Positions 38,826 through 50,930 of a stretch of 64,000 bases of DNA are shown here, piece by piece. The DNA is from Chiloscyllium plagiosum (lineage: Eukaryota). The translations under genes were made by a program, and so were the position numbers. The stretch is taken from assembly GCF_004010195.1 (NCBI RefSeq), contig NC_057719.1, positions 38,240,097 through 38,304,096 on the forward strand, in the 5' to 3' direction. The notes under the pieces were generated by a model. The model saw nothing but the letters and a program-made list of their open reading frames with translations. It did not search any database and was not told where the DNA came from. How positions within the stretch are numbered: the stretch's first letter is position 1; each line of letters starts with the position of its first letter.

Positions 38826-39689
38826 AAAGAGAAATGTGAAATCTCTGTTTATTTACTGAAAGAACAAAGCCACAAGGTTCCACCATTTTAAAAGAGAGGA
38901 TTTCACAATACAAAAACTCAACAAAGCAAACAGTACTCAATAAATATTCACCTTGGGTTATCAACTCTATTTTACCATGAAAGGAACACAATCACTTGTA
39001 CTTCAAACTGAAAATGCTTTGAATCTGTCCCTTGCCCCCATCCCAACAGTGGGTAAAGATCCTTTCACTTACTGTGACTGATTCCAAACATTTTCTAACG
39101 TTTGAGATTTCATGAACCTTCCTTCTACAGGTACTTGGTAAGTTAGTCACTTTTAAATCATATTCAACCCTTTGGCACAAGCACTGGCTATCCTACTTTC
39201 TTACCTAGTGACTCCATCTCAGAAATACTCTTGATTAACTTCTGGTCTAGAGCTGCTTGACAGACTTTCACTCTCACTGCTTGTTCCCAACCTGAAATTA
39301 TTAGTAAACACACAAATGAACCCACACACAGATTGCAAGGACCTACATTTCCATCATTATGGCAATATGGCATACCTGGGATGTTCCAGAAAGAAATCTA
39401 AGCTAAGTATATTTTACCTTCAGAACAAAATCATTTGATTCAGTGGTCTACATAGACTTTTACTTCCAATGAAACCAACTGCCCTTCAGATTTGCAGATT
39501 ATATCCAGAAATCCTCATTTGTACCAAACATGCTTGCAGGCTCAAAATGAAAGCATTTGATCCTGAGTGCCACAATAATAATAAACCTCTGTAAAAACAG
39601 GATTGTGAAGCACATCGCTCTTTCTAGTACTTGGTCCAGTTGAAAGCCATCTGATTATTTTATAGCTTCGACACATCTAAACCTTGGGG

Positions 39690-40010
39690 AGATGTTGGCA
39701 TAGTAGCAACATCACTGGACTAGTAATTTTTAAGGCCTAGACTAATGGTTTGAGGATATGGGTTTAACTCTCACTGTGGTGGCTTGAGGAATTTAAATTC
39801 AATTAATAAATTTGAAATTGAAATTCACAATATTAGTAAGTATAAAATTGTTATGAAGTACCATGTAGCTCACTAATATCCTTTTGGGAAGGACACCTCT
39901 CGCCCTTTTACCCAGTCTGGCCTACATGTGGCTTCAGACCTATGAAATGGTTGACTGTTAACTGCCTTCCGAAATGGTGTAGCATGACATTCAGATCAAG
40001 GGCAATGGAA
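39690..40010 (+). mobile_element. tRNA-derived SINE, near full length
   Basis: A-box-like tggcatagtagc, B-box-like gggtttaactc; body shared with 630-860 and 11540-11780. Confidence 0.75.
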
Positions 40011-40015
40011 GGCTC

Positions 40016-40087
40016 TTTTCTCTCTGTCTCTGTCTCTCTGTCTCCCTCTCTGTCTGTCTCTCTCTCTCTCTCTCTCTGTCTCTCTCC
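40016..40087. repeat. (CT)n-rich microsatellite
   Basis: Direct inspection. Confidence 0.95.
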
Positions 40088-40089
40088 CC

Positions 40090-40562
40090 AATGTCCTTGG
40101 AGTTCTACATAGGGGTGTACTTCAAACCCCCCCCCCCTTCCCCAGATAATCTCTCCAACATTGACCTGTATGGGGCAAAGGTGGAACCTGTCAAAAAGTT
40201 GTGTGCATCTGCTATTTTGGGACTTCCCACCCCCAAAGGCAGCAGCACTCTTGTTGGTGGCTGATCTGGCTGCCCCGGAGAAGGGGAGGGGCCACAAAGT
40301 GGGGTGGGCAATGTTGGATGTGGTTTGGTGTTGGATGAGGGGCGGGGGTGGAGTGGTGTTGAGTGTTGGACGGGGTTGGGGGAGCGGGTGAGAGGTGGGG
40401 GCTTGCGCACGGTGTGCTGCTGCCTTGACTCCTGAAACGGGAGTGGACTTAACAGAAAACTCCGAGCCCCAGAGGAGAGGCATTGAATCAATTAACCGAA
40501 TAATCAATTATCCGAATGAAATAATGCCCGCCCATCTCATTCGAATAATTGAGCTTCCTCTG
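40090..40562. mobile_element. Right part of a Tigger/pogo-like non-autonomous DNA transposon
   Basis: Terminal motif attaaccgaataatcaattatccgaa...ttcgaataattgagcttcctctg resembles a Tigger end; left TIR not found. Confidence 0.55.
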
Positions 40563-40862
40563 CATACCTTGGGTGGTCTAGTAAAGTCTGTCTTCCAGAG
40601 GTTCAGTTACTTTGCACCTAAATAATTCCATCTTTACAAAACTTTTCAAAAAAGCTACCTCAGATAGTAATATGAACCATGAAACTAGATGATTGAGGCA
40701 GGGTAGCTCTTTAATAGTCCTATTAAGATCGCCTTCTTGGACGTTTGGCTTGATCATCTGTATTTGGCAGATAATTTGGGTCAAACCAAACCAAAGTTTG
40801 ATTGTAGCAGGTAAATATTCACAGTCCCAGTCAAACATTACAATGAACCATTTTCTTTCCAG

Positions 40863-40950
40863 AAGGAACTTGATGAACTTGAGAATCAAAGCAAACCCGA
40901 ATGCATGAACAACTAGGGAGGACTTCATCGGCAAGTCTTTCACCAATAAA
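40863..40950 (+). other. Candidate terminal exon (KELDELENQSKPECMNN*) with poly(A) signal
   Basis: Acceptor ccattttctttccag|, stop at 40914-40916, AATAAA at 40945-40950. Confidence 0.2.
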
Positions 40951-43031
40951 TCATCAATCCAATACCCTAATTGAAACACAAATGACTATGATGAATGTAA
41001 TGGAGATTGGTGTCAAAGGTGCACCTTAATGGAAATCCAAATTGACCTGGTCAAATATTCATTATTGAATGTTATCTGCTCAGTCTCCAGTTGTTTTCAC
41101 TTAGTCCACCAGTTGTCCAAAATTGACCAATGTGACTGTTGCTCTTGGAAAAATATGCAAACTTAACAATGGGTTAGCTTGTTATTGGGCATTGCAGTTG
41201 CTTTAACTATGTGAGAAAAGATAGTCAAACAATGGGCAGTACTATTTTGTGTATGGTTGGGTAGATAGAATTAATCTAGTCATTGACTCTGATTGACTCT
41301 AAATATCAAGGAACCAGAATAAATGACCTTCATACATTGTCATGACGTCTGAACATGGATTGAATCTTAGACCTGCTGATGTAAGGGATTTTTTTGAGAT
41401 TCTCAGATGTGTTTAGCCACACCATTCATTCAAGCAAACAGACTTATTTTGGCAAAAAAAACAGTGACTATGCAAGTCCTGAGAAAGGTAAGTGAGTGAT
41501 TATGAAAGAGCACTGTGACCTTTACTTGAAGATTGGTGCCTTCCCCTTCATATACTTGGAAATAGAGGGATGAAAACTGGAGACCTGTGGGAAAAAAAAT
41601 GCTTCTTTGTTATTTAAGACAATAAAAAAAGTCTTATTCTATACATTGGAATAACTGTGTCATCTCAGCTGCCAACTGATACTCCTGGTGGTATGTTGAA
41701 GGGTACGTTGGTGGCCTTTCATACTCGGTACTCAAATTTGCTACGAGCGTGGGTTGATTTCTTGCTGAATGAAAGATTTTAAGCTAGTATTTGTGTGTTT
41801 ATCAGTTTATAGCTGAGAAGCATTGGCTGACAACTGGTAGAATGGACATATTCCTTGTATGTAATCTTTTCACAGAAGAGTATTTCTGATCTAAAGGACG
41901 ATACTCTTTATTAATAAAGATACAAAATTTAGTAGAAGGCTTTGAATTGGAAGTAACTAATTACTTGCTTTCATGTAGGTTTTATTGATCATGACAATTA
42001 TACTGATGAGAGAAAGATTTTATAATTCTGTTATTAAATGTATTTGAGGGACTCTGCATTTGCAGCTGTTACTATTTCCATTAAAGGTAAAAAAGCAATT
42101 GGGTTTGTGGTTTCCTATGGAGAATAATAAAGAGACTTATTCTTCACCTTGTTTTTAGTAAAACCTACCTTTTCATTCATTTTGCTTTGAAAACAGCCAC
42201 ATCCCCTTAACCTTTTGAGCATAAAATTTCCTTTACAAAAGCAAACTATTTTCCGTCCTCTAACAAAAAACGAACATTCTCCCCACAGAGGTATTTCTGT
42301 TGATACTTTACAAAGGATTTCATTAATAAATGAGACTTCAATTATTTTTTAAAATGGTTCAAAAGTGTTGCGCTGACAAATGATAAGGGCACAAGCACAT
42401 TTATGTTCAAAAGATTTTGGTGGTGCTGTGTACTCATGTTATTGGAAGCCAGATTTCAAAACCAGATTTTTTTTTTCTCTACTGTTTCTAGAACCTTTTT
42501 TTTAAAGGGGATGGTAGATATTTGTGGCGGTTAGAGCAGACTTCAATGGTGAGCCTTAGAGTAATATGTTTCCATATGACAAAAAATTCTTGCAATTCCA
42601 GACAGAAGATTTGGAATTGAGTATTTTTAAAAAGATCATTAATACATGTAGTCTAAAATCTTGTATTATTTCAGATTCTGCCTCGTGCTCCCACGAGGAA
42701 GTTGAACAGTTCATCCACTTCACCAACACCTTCCACCCCGACCTCAAATTCACCTGGACCGTCTCAGACTCCTCCCTCCCCTTCCTAGACCTTTCCATTT
42801 CTATCTCTGGTGACCGAATCGACACGGACATTTACTATAAACCGACCGACTCCCACAGCTACCTAGACTGCACCTCCTCCCACCCTGCCCCCTGTAAAAA
42901 CGCCATCCTATATTCCCAATTCCATCGTCTCCGCCGCATCTGCTCCCAGGAGGACCAGTTCCAAAACCGTACAATCCAGATGGCCTCCTTCTTCAAAGAC
43001 CGCAATTTCCCCCCAGACGTGATCGACGATG

Positions 43032-43578
43032 NNNNNNNNNNNNNNNNNNNNNNNNNNNNNNNNNNNNNNNNNNNNNNNNNNNNNNNNNNNNNNNNNNNNN
43101 NNNNNNNNNNNNNNNNNNNNNNNNNNNNNNNNNNNNNNNNNNNNNNNNNNNNNNNNNNNNNNNNNNNNNNNNNNNNNNNNNNNNNNNNNNNNNNNNNNNN
43201 NNNNNNNNNNNNNNNNNNNNNNNNNNNNNNNNNNNNNNNNNNNNNNNNNNNNNNNNNNNNNNNNNNNNNNNNNNNNNNNNNNNNNNNNNNNNNNNNNNNN
43301 NNNNNNNNNNNNNNNNNNNNNNNNNNNNNNNNNNNNNNNNNNNNNNNNNNNNNNNNNNNNNNNNNNNNNNNNNNNNNNNNNNNNNNNNNNNNNNNNNNNN
43401 NNNNNNNNNNNNNNNNNNNNNNNNNNNNNNNNNNNNNNNNNNNNNNNNNNNNNNNNNNNNNNNNNNNNNNNNNNNNNNNNNNNNNNNNNNNNNNNNNNNN
43501 NNNNNNNNNNNNNNNNNNNNNNNNNNNNNNNNNNNNNNNNNNNNNNNNNNNNNNNNNNNNNNNNNNNNNNNNNNNNNN
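43032..43578. other. Assembly gap (547 N)
   Basis: Run of N inside the young PLE. Confidence 1.
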
Positions 43579-43710
43579 CCTCTCCGCCCCCACCCCACTC
43601 TGGCCTATCCCCCTCACCTTGACCTCCCTCCACCTATCGCATTTCCAATGCCCCTCCCCCAAGTCCCTCCTCCCTATCTTTTATCTTAGCCTGCTGGACA
43701 CACTTTCCTC

Positions 43711-43746
43711 ATTCCTGAAGAAGGGCTTATGCCTGAAACGTTGATT
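43711..43746 (+). ncRNA. Minimal type I hammerhead ribozyme motif in PLE 3' repeat
   Basis: attc CTGAAGA a gggc ttat gcct GAAA cg tt gatt. Confidence 0.6.
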
Positions 43747-44119
43747 CTCCTGTTCCTTGGATGCTGCCTGACCTGCTGCGCTTTTCCAGCAACACATTTT
43801 CAGCTTATTTCAGATTAGGTCTGTTATTACAAGCCTATCTTTGGAATCAGATGGTTGTTGTAGATTCATGTCACACTTGAGAAGTATGAGTACGTAATGT
43901 AGACTGGCAACCAAATGGTATACTGTGGGTACGCTGCTTGGTCAGATGTGACTTTTTTTTTCAAAAAGATACAAACTAAGGCCTGTTCTGATTTCTTCGG
44001 TGAACATAATTTGGCATGGAACTTTTTTTTTTTAAAAGTAAAACGGTTTATTTCTTTTAGTATCTTTGCCAACATTGATCCTTAACTAACATCACTGAAA
44101 CAAAATTATTTGTCACTTA

Positions 44120-44200
44120 ACACATTGCTGTTTGTGGAGCTTTGCAAACATGGCAGCCAATTTGCTCACAGCAAATGTAACAGTGATTATACTTAAAATC
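44120..44200 (+). mobile_element. Deu-domain SINE, 5' piece (continues at 45690-45760)
   Basis: cattgctgtttgtggagc...aacagtgattatacttaaaa; resumes ttgactatgaagtattttgggac...tatataaatacaagc. Confidence 0.6.
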
Positions 44201-44204
44201 TGAC

Positions 44205-45680
44205 AAGACCACTGACTTCCACAGTTACTTTGACTACATCTCCTCATCCTGCTCCCTGCAAGGATTCCATTCTGTTCTCCCAGAATCTCTGTCTCCATTG
44301 CATCTGTTCTGATGATGCTGCCTCCGATATGATTTTTTTTCCTCATTTGAGGACATTGCTTTCCCCATTTCCCCTTCCACTGGTTGATAAAGCCTTCACC
44401 TGTGTCCAATCCATCTTCCCCATTTCTGTCTTGACCTCCTCCTCAAAACAACGATTATGTTCCCCCATCCTTGTCTTCCTCTGCACTACTCTCTACATTC
44501 AAAGGATTGTCCTCTGTTATTTCTGTCCTCTTCAGCAGGACGTCATTACCCTCCACTGTCAACATTCCTCAAGGACTGTTCTCACTGTGACACTTCTGTC
44601 TATTCCTCCATCGCTCTTAACCCTTGTTCACACTCCCGTGGCAGCGTCTGTAGCACTTGCCCATTCACCTCCTTTGTCCTCGCTGTCCAAGGCCCCCAAA
44701 CACACCTTCCTAGTCAAGCAGCATTTTATTTCTACTTCTTTTGATTTAGTTTACTGCATTCGCTGCTCACAATGTGGTCACCTTTACATTGGCGAGACCA
44801 AATATATACTGGGTAATCGCTCTGTGGAACACCTCCACTCTACATGTAGGCAATGCACAATCCTCCCAGTTGATGCCATTTCTGTACACCACCTTGCTCC
44901 CATGCTAACAATTCTGTCCATTCTGCGGCAATGTTCCAACAAGGCACAATGCAGGTTCAAGGAACAGCACTCGTTTTCTACTTCAGCACTTTACAGTCTT
45001 GAGGCCTGAATGTTGGATTCAATAACTTCAGACACTGACCACATTATATCTGTTCTTCACTGCCACCCCCCACCCTGGCAAAAGCCTTGTCTTGTTTATT
45101 TTGCTCTTAGTAGAGAGCATCCACTTGCTCCCTTTCATGTATACCCATTGTACAGTTCTTTTTCTCTTTCACACGGCACCAGGGACCCGGGTTTGATTCC
45201 CGCTTTGGGCAACTGTCTGTGTGCAGTTTGCACATTCTGCCCGTGTCTGCATGGGTTTTCTCCTGGTGCTCCGGTTTCCTCCCACAATCCAAAAGATGTG
45301 TAGGTCAGGTGAATTGGCCATGCTAAAATGCCCATAGTGTCAGGGGTAAATGTGGGCTAGGAGAATGGGTCTGGGTGGGTTGCTCTTCCGAGGGTCGGTG
45401 TGGACTTGCTGGGCTGAAGGGACTGTTTCCATATTGTAGGGAATCTAATCTAATCACAGCCTTTCCTTTGTCTTTTGCACTGCACATCTACACTATCTGA
45501 CCTCTTGCTCCTCCTATGCTTCTGTGATTTTTCAACCCTTTCCGTTCTGAAAAAGAGTTATACCGGATTCAAAATGTGAACTCTCTTTCTCTCCACAGAT
45601 GTTGCCGTACACACTGACCTCCTCTAGCATTTTCTGTGCTTGTCTCAGATTTCCAGCATCCAAGTGTTTTACTTTTATTA
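44205..45680 (+). mobile_element. Older PLE (RT thumb, GIY-YIG endonuclease, 3' repeat)
   Basis: ORF 44230-45009: HPAPCKDSILFSQ...ICSDD and LVYCIRCSQCGHLYIGETK...NRSVEHL. Confidence 0.9.
45165..45453 (+). mobile_element. HE1-type V-SINE nested in PLE
   Basis: B box, V-domain and (aatct)n tail. Confidence 0.9.
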
Positions 45681-46908
45681 AAATGTAACTTATTGACTAT
45701 GAAGTATTTTGGGACAAATGGAGAATGTGAACATTATATAAATACAAGCTCGCTTTTCCTATTGTTTCTAAATTATGTAAGTGGCTTGGCGTCAGATATT
45801 CAATGCAAAGTGTCAGTGATACCAAATGAGGAGAGACATGAAATTAGCAAACACCTCCAACATTACAAATTGAATTGTCTAACATTTCTAAGCAGAATAA
45901 CGGAGAAGTGATTCAATGTAGAGAACTATGAGAAATATCGGTAACGTGGAAAGTAGATGACGTAATATCCATTAATGGCAAAGAACAAGCTAAAAATGAA
46001 ACTTTTCTCAACTCTTGCATTTAGGTGGATTTATTAATATTCATATCCAAATTATGCACAATGACAGAGAACAAAAGTAATAAATTGCTCAATGATGGAG
46101 TGCAAATTGTGGAAATGTTTAACAAAGAAATGTAAGTAATGATGGAGCTGCGTTTACAATACATCTTGAATACGGTGTCCAGTTCTGGTCACTGGAGACC
46201 AAGAGAAATGCTTATGTATTGAAGGTGAGTAGAAAAGAGCTAATGGTACCAGTTGTAAGGAAAGACCAGAGAAACCGAATCTTTTCACCCCAGTTAGAAC
46301 CAGGCAAGAAGGGATGGAGTGACTCCCCTTTTATCAACATCCTTGGTTGGTCTCAGGAAAAGTTCAAGTTTTTTGCACGTTTTCCATAATAAAATGTAAA
46401 CTACATTTTAAGTTAAGTAACTTCTTATTTCTAACAAGTCTTTCTTAAATCAAAGAAAGATCAAGTTTATTGCTTGCTAATCCTGAGGAAATTGACAGTG
46501 CAATGTCAGGCACGTGGCTTTCATGTCATCACTTGGGCCCTCTCACACACACTCAAGTTAAAAGTGGTTAATGTCCATGTACAAAACTAAGATGAAAGAA
46601 TATAACGATTAGGTTAATTTTGGTTTCCGTGAGGCATACGTTTTTATCTTTGACTTGGTTAATTAGTTGATTTCTTAGACTGTCAGGAGTAGCAAATATT
46701 GCAGTGACCTTTTAAGTTCTATTTCTTTCCAATTAGTTCTGTCACTGGCTACTCCTCTTTGCAAGAGAGAGAGCTTTTTCAAGCTTGTGTTCAGGTCAAC
46801 TAGCAAAAATATTCTCTGTTTTGCCACCTAAAGCCCCGTGAAATAGAGCCTGCTTGCATTTTCCAATTTTACTGAATTATGGTTTTAGGTTTGATAATAT
46901 CTAATTGA

Positions 46909-47019
46909 GGAGAAAGTGAGGTCTGCAGATGCTGGAGATCAGAGCTGGAATTGTGTTGCTGGAAAAGCGCAGCAGGTCAGGCCTGACCTGCTGTGCTTTT
47001 CCAGCAACACATTTCCAGC
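46909..47019. mobile_element. Palindromic PLE family A insertion with loopless apex
   Basis: 39-bp arms 46943-46981 / 46982-47020. 14-bp TSD taatatctaattga (46895-46908, 47020-47033). Confidence 0.9.
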
Positions 47020-47024
47020 TAATA

Positions 47025-47408
47025 TCTAATTGAAGCATACAGAATACTGAATGGCCTGGACAGAGTAGATTTTGGGAAGATGTTTCTATTGGTAGGAGAG
47101 ACGAGGACCTGAGGGCCCAGCCTTAGAGTAAAGAGAAGACCTTTTAGAATGGAGACAAGGAGAAACTTCTTCAGCCAGAGAGTGGTGAATCTGTGGAATT
47201 CATTGTCACAGAAGGCTGCCAAGGCCAGGTCACTTGAATATATTTAAGACTGAAAAAGGTAGGTTCCTGACTATCAAGGGGATCAAAGGTTACGGGAAGA
47301 AAGCGAGAGAATGGGTTTGAGAAACTTATCAGCCATGATTGAATGGCAGAGCAGATTCAATGGGCTGAATGGCCTAGTTTCTACTTCTGTGTCTTATGCT
47401 GTTATGGT
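47025..47408 (+). mobile_element. CR1 3' fragment
   Basis: LIEAYRILNGLDRVD...FFSQRVVNLWNSL and a 3'UTR. Confidence 0.9.
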
Positions 47409-47429
47409 CTAATTGCAGAGAGTCGACTT

Positions 47430-48610
47430 CTTGCAAGAAAAAAAACCTGCAATGTGGTAAAGATTAGCAAGAGTAGTGAGAAGAGCTGGAGGTTAGGGAA
47501 AGCTTTGAAAACCAACAAAAGAAATGGAGAAGATAAACTTGCAAGTAATATCAAGATGGACAGCAAGAGCTTCTTTAAATACGTAAAAAAGAAGAGATGG
47601 GTCAAAGTTAACATTGTCCCCTTAGAGAACGAGACTGCGGAATTACTAATGGGGCTTAGAAAATGGCAGAGGAGTTGAATAAACACTTTGCATCAGACTT
47701 CACAGTAGAAGACACTAATAACATTCCAAAAATGCTAAATAATCAAGAGGCAAAAGGAAGAGATGAAATACGAAGAAGGAACGGCACGGTGGCACAGTGG
47801 TTAGCACTGCTGCCTCGCAGCGCCTGAGATCCGGGTTCAATTCCCCCTGCCACAGTCCAAGGATGTGCAGGTTAGGTGAATTGGCCATGCTAAATTGCCC
47901 GTAGTGTTAGGTAAGGGGTAAATGTAGGGGTATGGGTGGGTTTCGCTTCGGCAGGTCGGTGTGGACTTGTTGGGCCGAAGGGCCTGTTTCCACACTGTAA
48001 TGTAATCTAATCTAATCTAAAGTATAAGCCACTGAGCCCTTTTGAGTCTGCTCTACATTTGAGCTCTGCTGTGTTGGTCTGATTTTAATTTCAACTCTAC
48101 ATTCCTGAAAATCTCCAGTAAAGCTTTGTCCTCTTGCTAATCAGAAATCCATTTATCTCTGCCTTTAAAAATATTTTAAAGATTCTGTGTACTCTGCCTT
48201 TTGAGGAAGTGATTCTCAAAGATTCACAATCCTCAGAGAGCAAAAATGATTTCTCATCTCTATCTTAAATGGGTGACCCTTTATTTTTAAATAATGACAC
48301 CAAGCTCTAGATTCTCCCAGAAGAGGAAGCATCCTTTCAACATCCACCTCCTCAAGTCCAGAAATAAATGCAATAGCGATAAATAGAGAAAAAAAATCCG
48401 AGGGAAACTAATTGGGCCAAAGACCCAATAAGTCCCCTGGACCTGTTGGAAGATCCATCCTAGTATGTTAAATAAAGTATCTACAAGGTAAGTAAATACT
48501 TTGATTCTGGAAAATTCCCTAATTATTGGAAAGCCGCCATTTAAGTGCCTTAATTTATGACAGGAACCATCCAGAAAAATGGGTAACTATAGGCTAGTTA
48601 AATTGACCAT
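47430..48610 (+). mobile_element. CR1 ORF2 central fragment with a nested SINE and an antisense CR1 tail (48020-48360)
   Basis: KLASNIKMDSKSFFKYVKKKR; aagtcccctggacctg; aactataggctagtta. Confidence 0.75.
47782..48020 (+). mobile_element. Young HE1-type SINE with internal V-domain deletion
   Basis: Head joins directly ...ttcaattccc/cctgccacagtccaagg...; otherwise near-identical to 31696-32014. Confidence 0.9.
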
Positions 48611-48619
48611 TAAAAATAA

Positions 48620-49505
48620 GAGTAAGTGTAGGTCATTCAACCCTTTGAGCCTGCTGTACTATTAATATGGTCATTGTCAATCATCTCAATCATACCCTGT
48701 TCTCTCTTTCTCTCCATACCTTTTGATCTTTTTAGCCCTGAGAAATAAATCTAACTCCTTCTAGAAAACGTTCAATGTTTTAGGCTCGACTGCTTTGCAT
48801 GGCACAGAATGCCCCAGGCTCATCATTCTCGGAGTGTAGAAATTTCTTCTCATCTCAGTTCTAAGTGGCATATCTTGCACCTTTAAACTGTGCCCCCTGG
48901 TTCTGGACTATCGTCATCAGAAACATCTTATGTTTAAACTGTCTAGTCCTATGTAAATTTTATAGATTTCTCTAAGAACCCCTATTATTCTCCTCCACTC
49001 CAGTGAGTACAGTCTAACTGTTCCAGTTACTCTTCTACGTTAGTCCTACCATACTAGGAATCAGTCTTGTGGTAAACCAGTCGGTAGCCAGAAAAACCTT
49101 CCTTAGATAGAGGTGCATTTATGATAACAAGACATACAACACAAGTGCTGGAAAATGGGACTGGAATAGTTAGGTGGTTTTGATCACCATAGACGTGATA
49201 GGCTGTGCGTCTCGATGTTAAGGAGACTTACTTTACAAAAAGAGTTGCCCTAGTCTCTCTATTGGATTTTTATTAACTGTCTTATGTTTCTGGCTTCTAA
49301 TTCTAGGCTCCAAACATCCCCACCAAGTGAAAACCTTTTCTCCTCATCTGTTCTATCAAATCTTTTCATTATTTTAAAAGCCTCTATCAAGTTACTGTTG
49401 TGCGTCTGCTTCTCTAGAAGAAAGGCCACCATGACCTATTCAATTTTTCTTAATAGCTTTAAGCTTTTCAGCACGTCTATTATCCTTCTGAATCCTTTTC
49501 TCATG
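48620..49505 (-). mobile_element. Cluster of decayed CR1 3' fragments, mostly minus strand
   Basis: gtaggtcattcaaccctttgagcctgct..., aaatttcttctcatctcag..., tctatcaaatcttttcattattttaaaagcctctatc. Confidence 0.65.
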
Positions 49506-49509
49506 CTCT

Positions 49510-49760
49510 TTAATGCATTTGATATACATTTATTTCATTTGGTAATCCAGATCTGACAAACTCTTCATGGGTCTGCTCCTGGCAGTCGCGAAAGTAATCA
49601 GTAAGTCCAGAAAGTGAGCTTTTCAGATCATTCAGCCCAATGTTCTGCCTATCTTCTATGGTCTTATTGGGGTGCTCGAAATCTTCTTCAATTGGTGTGC
49701 ATTGAGGGTTCTGGCATGGAGTCCGAACCATGGGGATTTCAATTTGATTTACTATGTTTC
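49510..49760 (-). CDS. Candidate coding (terminal?) exon, unidentified protein
   Basis: Non-repeat island open for ~83 codons (NIVNQIEIPMVRTPCQNPQCTPIEEDFEHP...LTDYFRDCQEQTHEEFVRSGLPNEINVYQMH*) with protein-like composition and retained CpGs; acceptor is weak. Confidence 0.3.
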
Positions 49761-49859
49761 CTTTGAAATATTAATTTATTCTGTTACAGTGGGTTAATAG
49801 TCCACCCTTCTAATGGGCATTTAATTCCTTGTGTTATTCCAAAGAAGTATAACACTGAG

Positions 49860-50112
49860 ACTTTAATAGCTTTAAATTAAGGGGGGGTAGATATAGGACT
49901 GAAGTTAGGGGTAGGTTCTTCACTCAGCGAGTCGTAAGTTCATGGAATGCCCTGCCAGCAGCAGTGGTGGACTCTCCCTCTTTATGGGCATTTAAGCGGG
50001 CATTGGATAGGTATATGGAGGATAGTGGGTTAGTATAGGTTAGGTGGGCTTGGATCGGCGCTACATCGAGGGCCAAAGGGCCTGTACTGCGCTGTATTCT
50101 TCTATGTTCTAT
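49860..50112 (+). mobile_element. Young CR1 3' fragment
   Basis: FFTQRVVSSWNALP, (ttctatg)n tail, possible TSD tgagac. Confidence 0.9.
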
Positions 50113-50524
50113 GAGACCAGAATGGTATGCAGTATGACCAAGCATGATCTAACCAACAGTCTATTCAAATTTACTGGAATTTCTCTGCTCTTCAATTTGC
50201 TTTCTCTAGGAATGACTCTGTTAGTTATTTTTTTTCATAGCTTAATTAATCTATGCCACTACTTCTATTGATTTTGTATTTATACTTGTTTTTAAATAAA
50301 TCTTATTAGGAAAATGCACCTGGTTAAGTTGCAATTAGCCCTTTCATTAACTGACTTAATTTCTAGGGTACGTTTTAAATAATTCTTAGAGAACTTTTGT
50401 AACATGATCTAAACCACAGAGAGCTACCACCAATATGAGACTTCTGAAAAATTTACCGTACTGATGATGAATCAAATATTTTACTCTCCTCAATTTGCTG
50501 AGTTAATCTGGTGCTTAATAGAGA

Positions 50525-50930
50525 AAGAGGAACTTGGGTTTATATCGCACCTTTGATGCTATCAGAATATTTCAAAGTGATTTGTGCCAATGAAGTATTT
50601 TTTGAAGTGTGGTCATTGTGGTAATGTAGGGAAACACAGCAGGCAATTTCCCACAGCCAGGTCCCACAATCAGCAATGTGCCAAGTGACCAAGATTTCTA
50701 TTTTAGCGATATTGGTTGAGGAATGAATGTTGGTTAGAACATCAAAAGAACGCCACTGTTTCTTTTTGTTTTGAATGGTAGGATCTTTTACATGAGAGGA
50801 CAGGTGTAATCTAATCGCATCAAAAGGTGGCAGTTGTAACAATGCAGCACTCTCAGTATTGTATCCGAGCCAAGATCATATGCTTGAGTTTGAGATTTGA
50901 AGAGTTAAATCCATAGATCTAATGGAAGGT
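50525..50930 (-). mobile_element. Deu-domain SINE (SacSINE1/AmnSINE1-like)
   Basis: gccaatgaagtattttttgaagtgtggtcattgtggtaatgtagggaaacacagcaggcaatttcccacagccaggtcccacaatcagcaatgtg is the reverse Deu domain plus tail. Confidence 0.8.

Larger units (their letters stand above)
42678..43804 (+). mobile_element. Young 5'-truncated PLE (family A): RT C-terminus, gap, 3'UTR with HHR
   Basis: FTNTFHPDLKFTW...LPFLDLSI...IYYKPTDSHSYLD...SSHP...AILYSQFHRLRRICS is typical PLE RT. TSD ttatttcagatt (42666-42677, 43805-43816). Confidence 0.95.

Noticed and set aside
39908..40507. 199-aa minus-strand ORF
   Set aside because: Runs through a transposon fragment, a CT microsatellite and a SINE; low complexity.
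40578..40979. 133-aa minus-strand ORF
   Set aside because: Non-ATG start, no recognisable motif and no supporting splice signals.
42566..43744. Long ORFs (197-392 aa) in the ORF track
   Set aside because: Artefacts of reading through 547 Ns; only 42678-43031 is genuine PLE RT.
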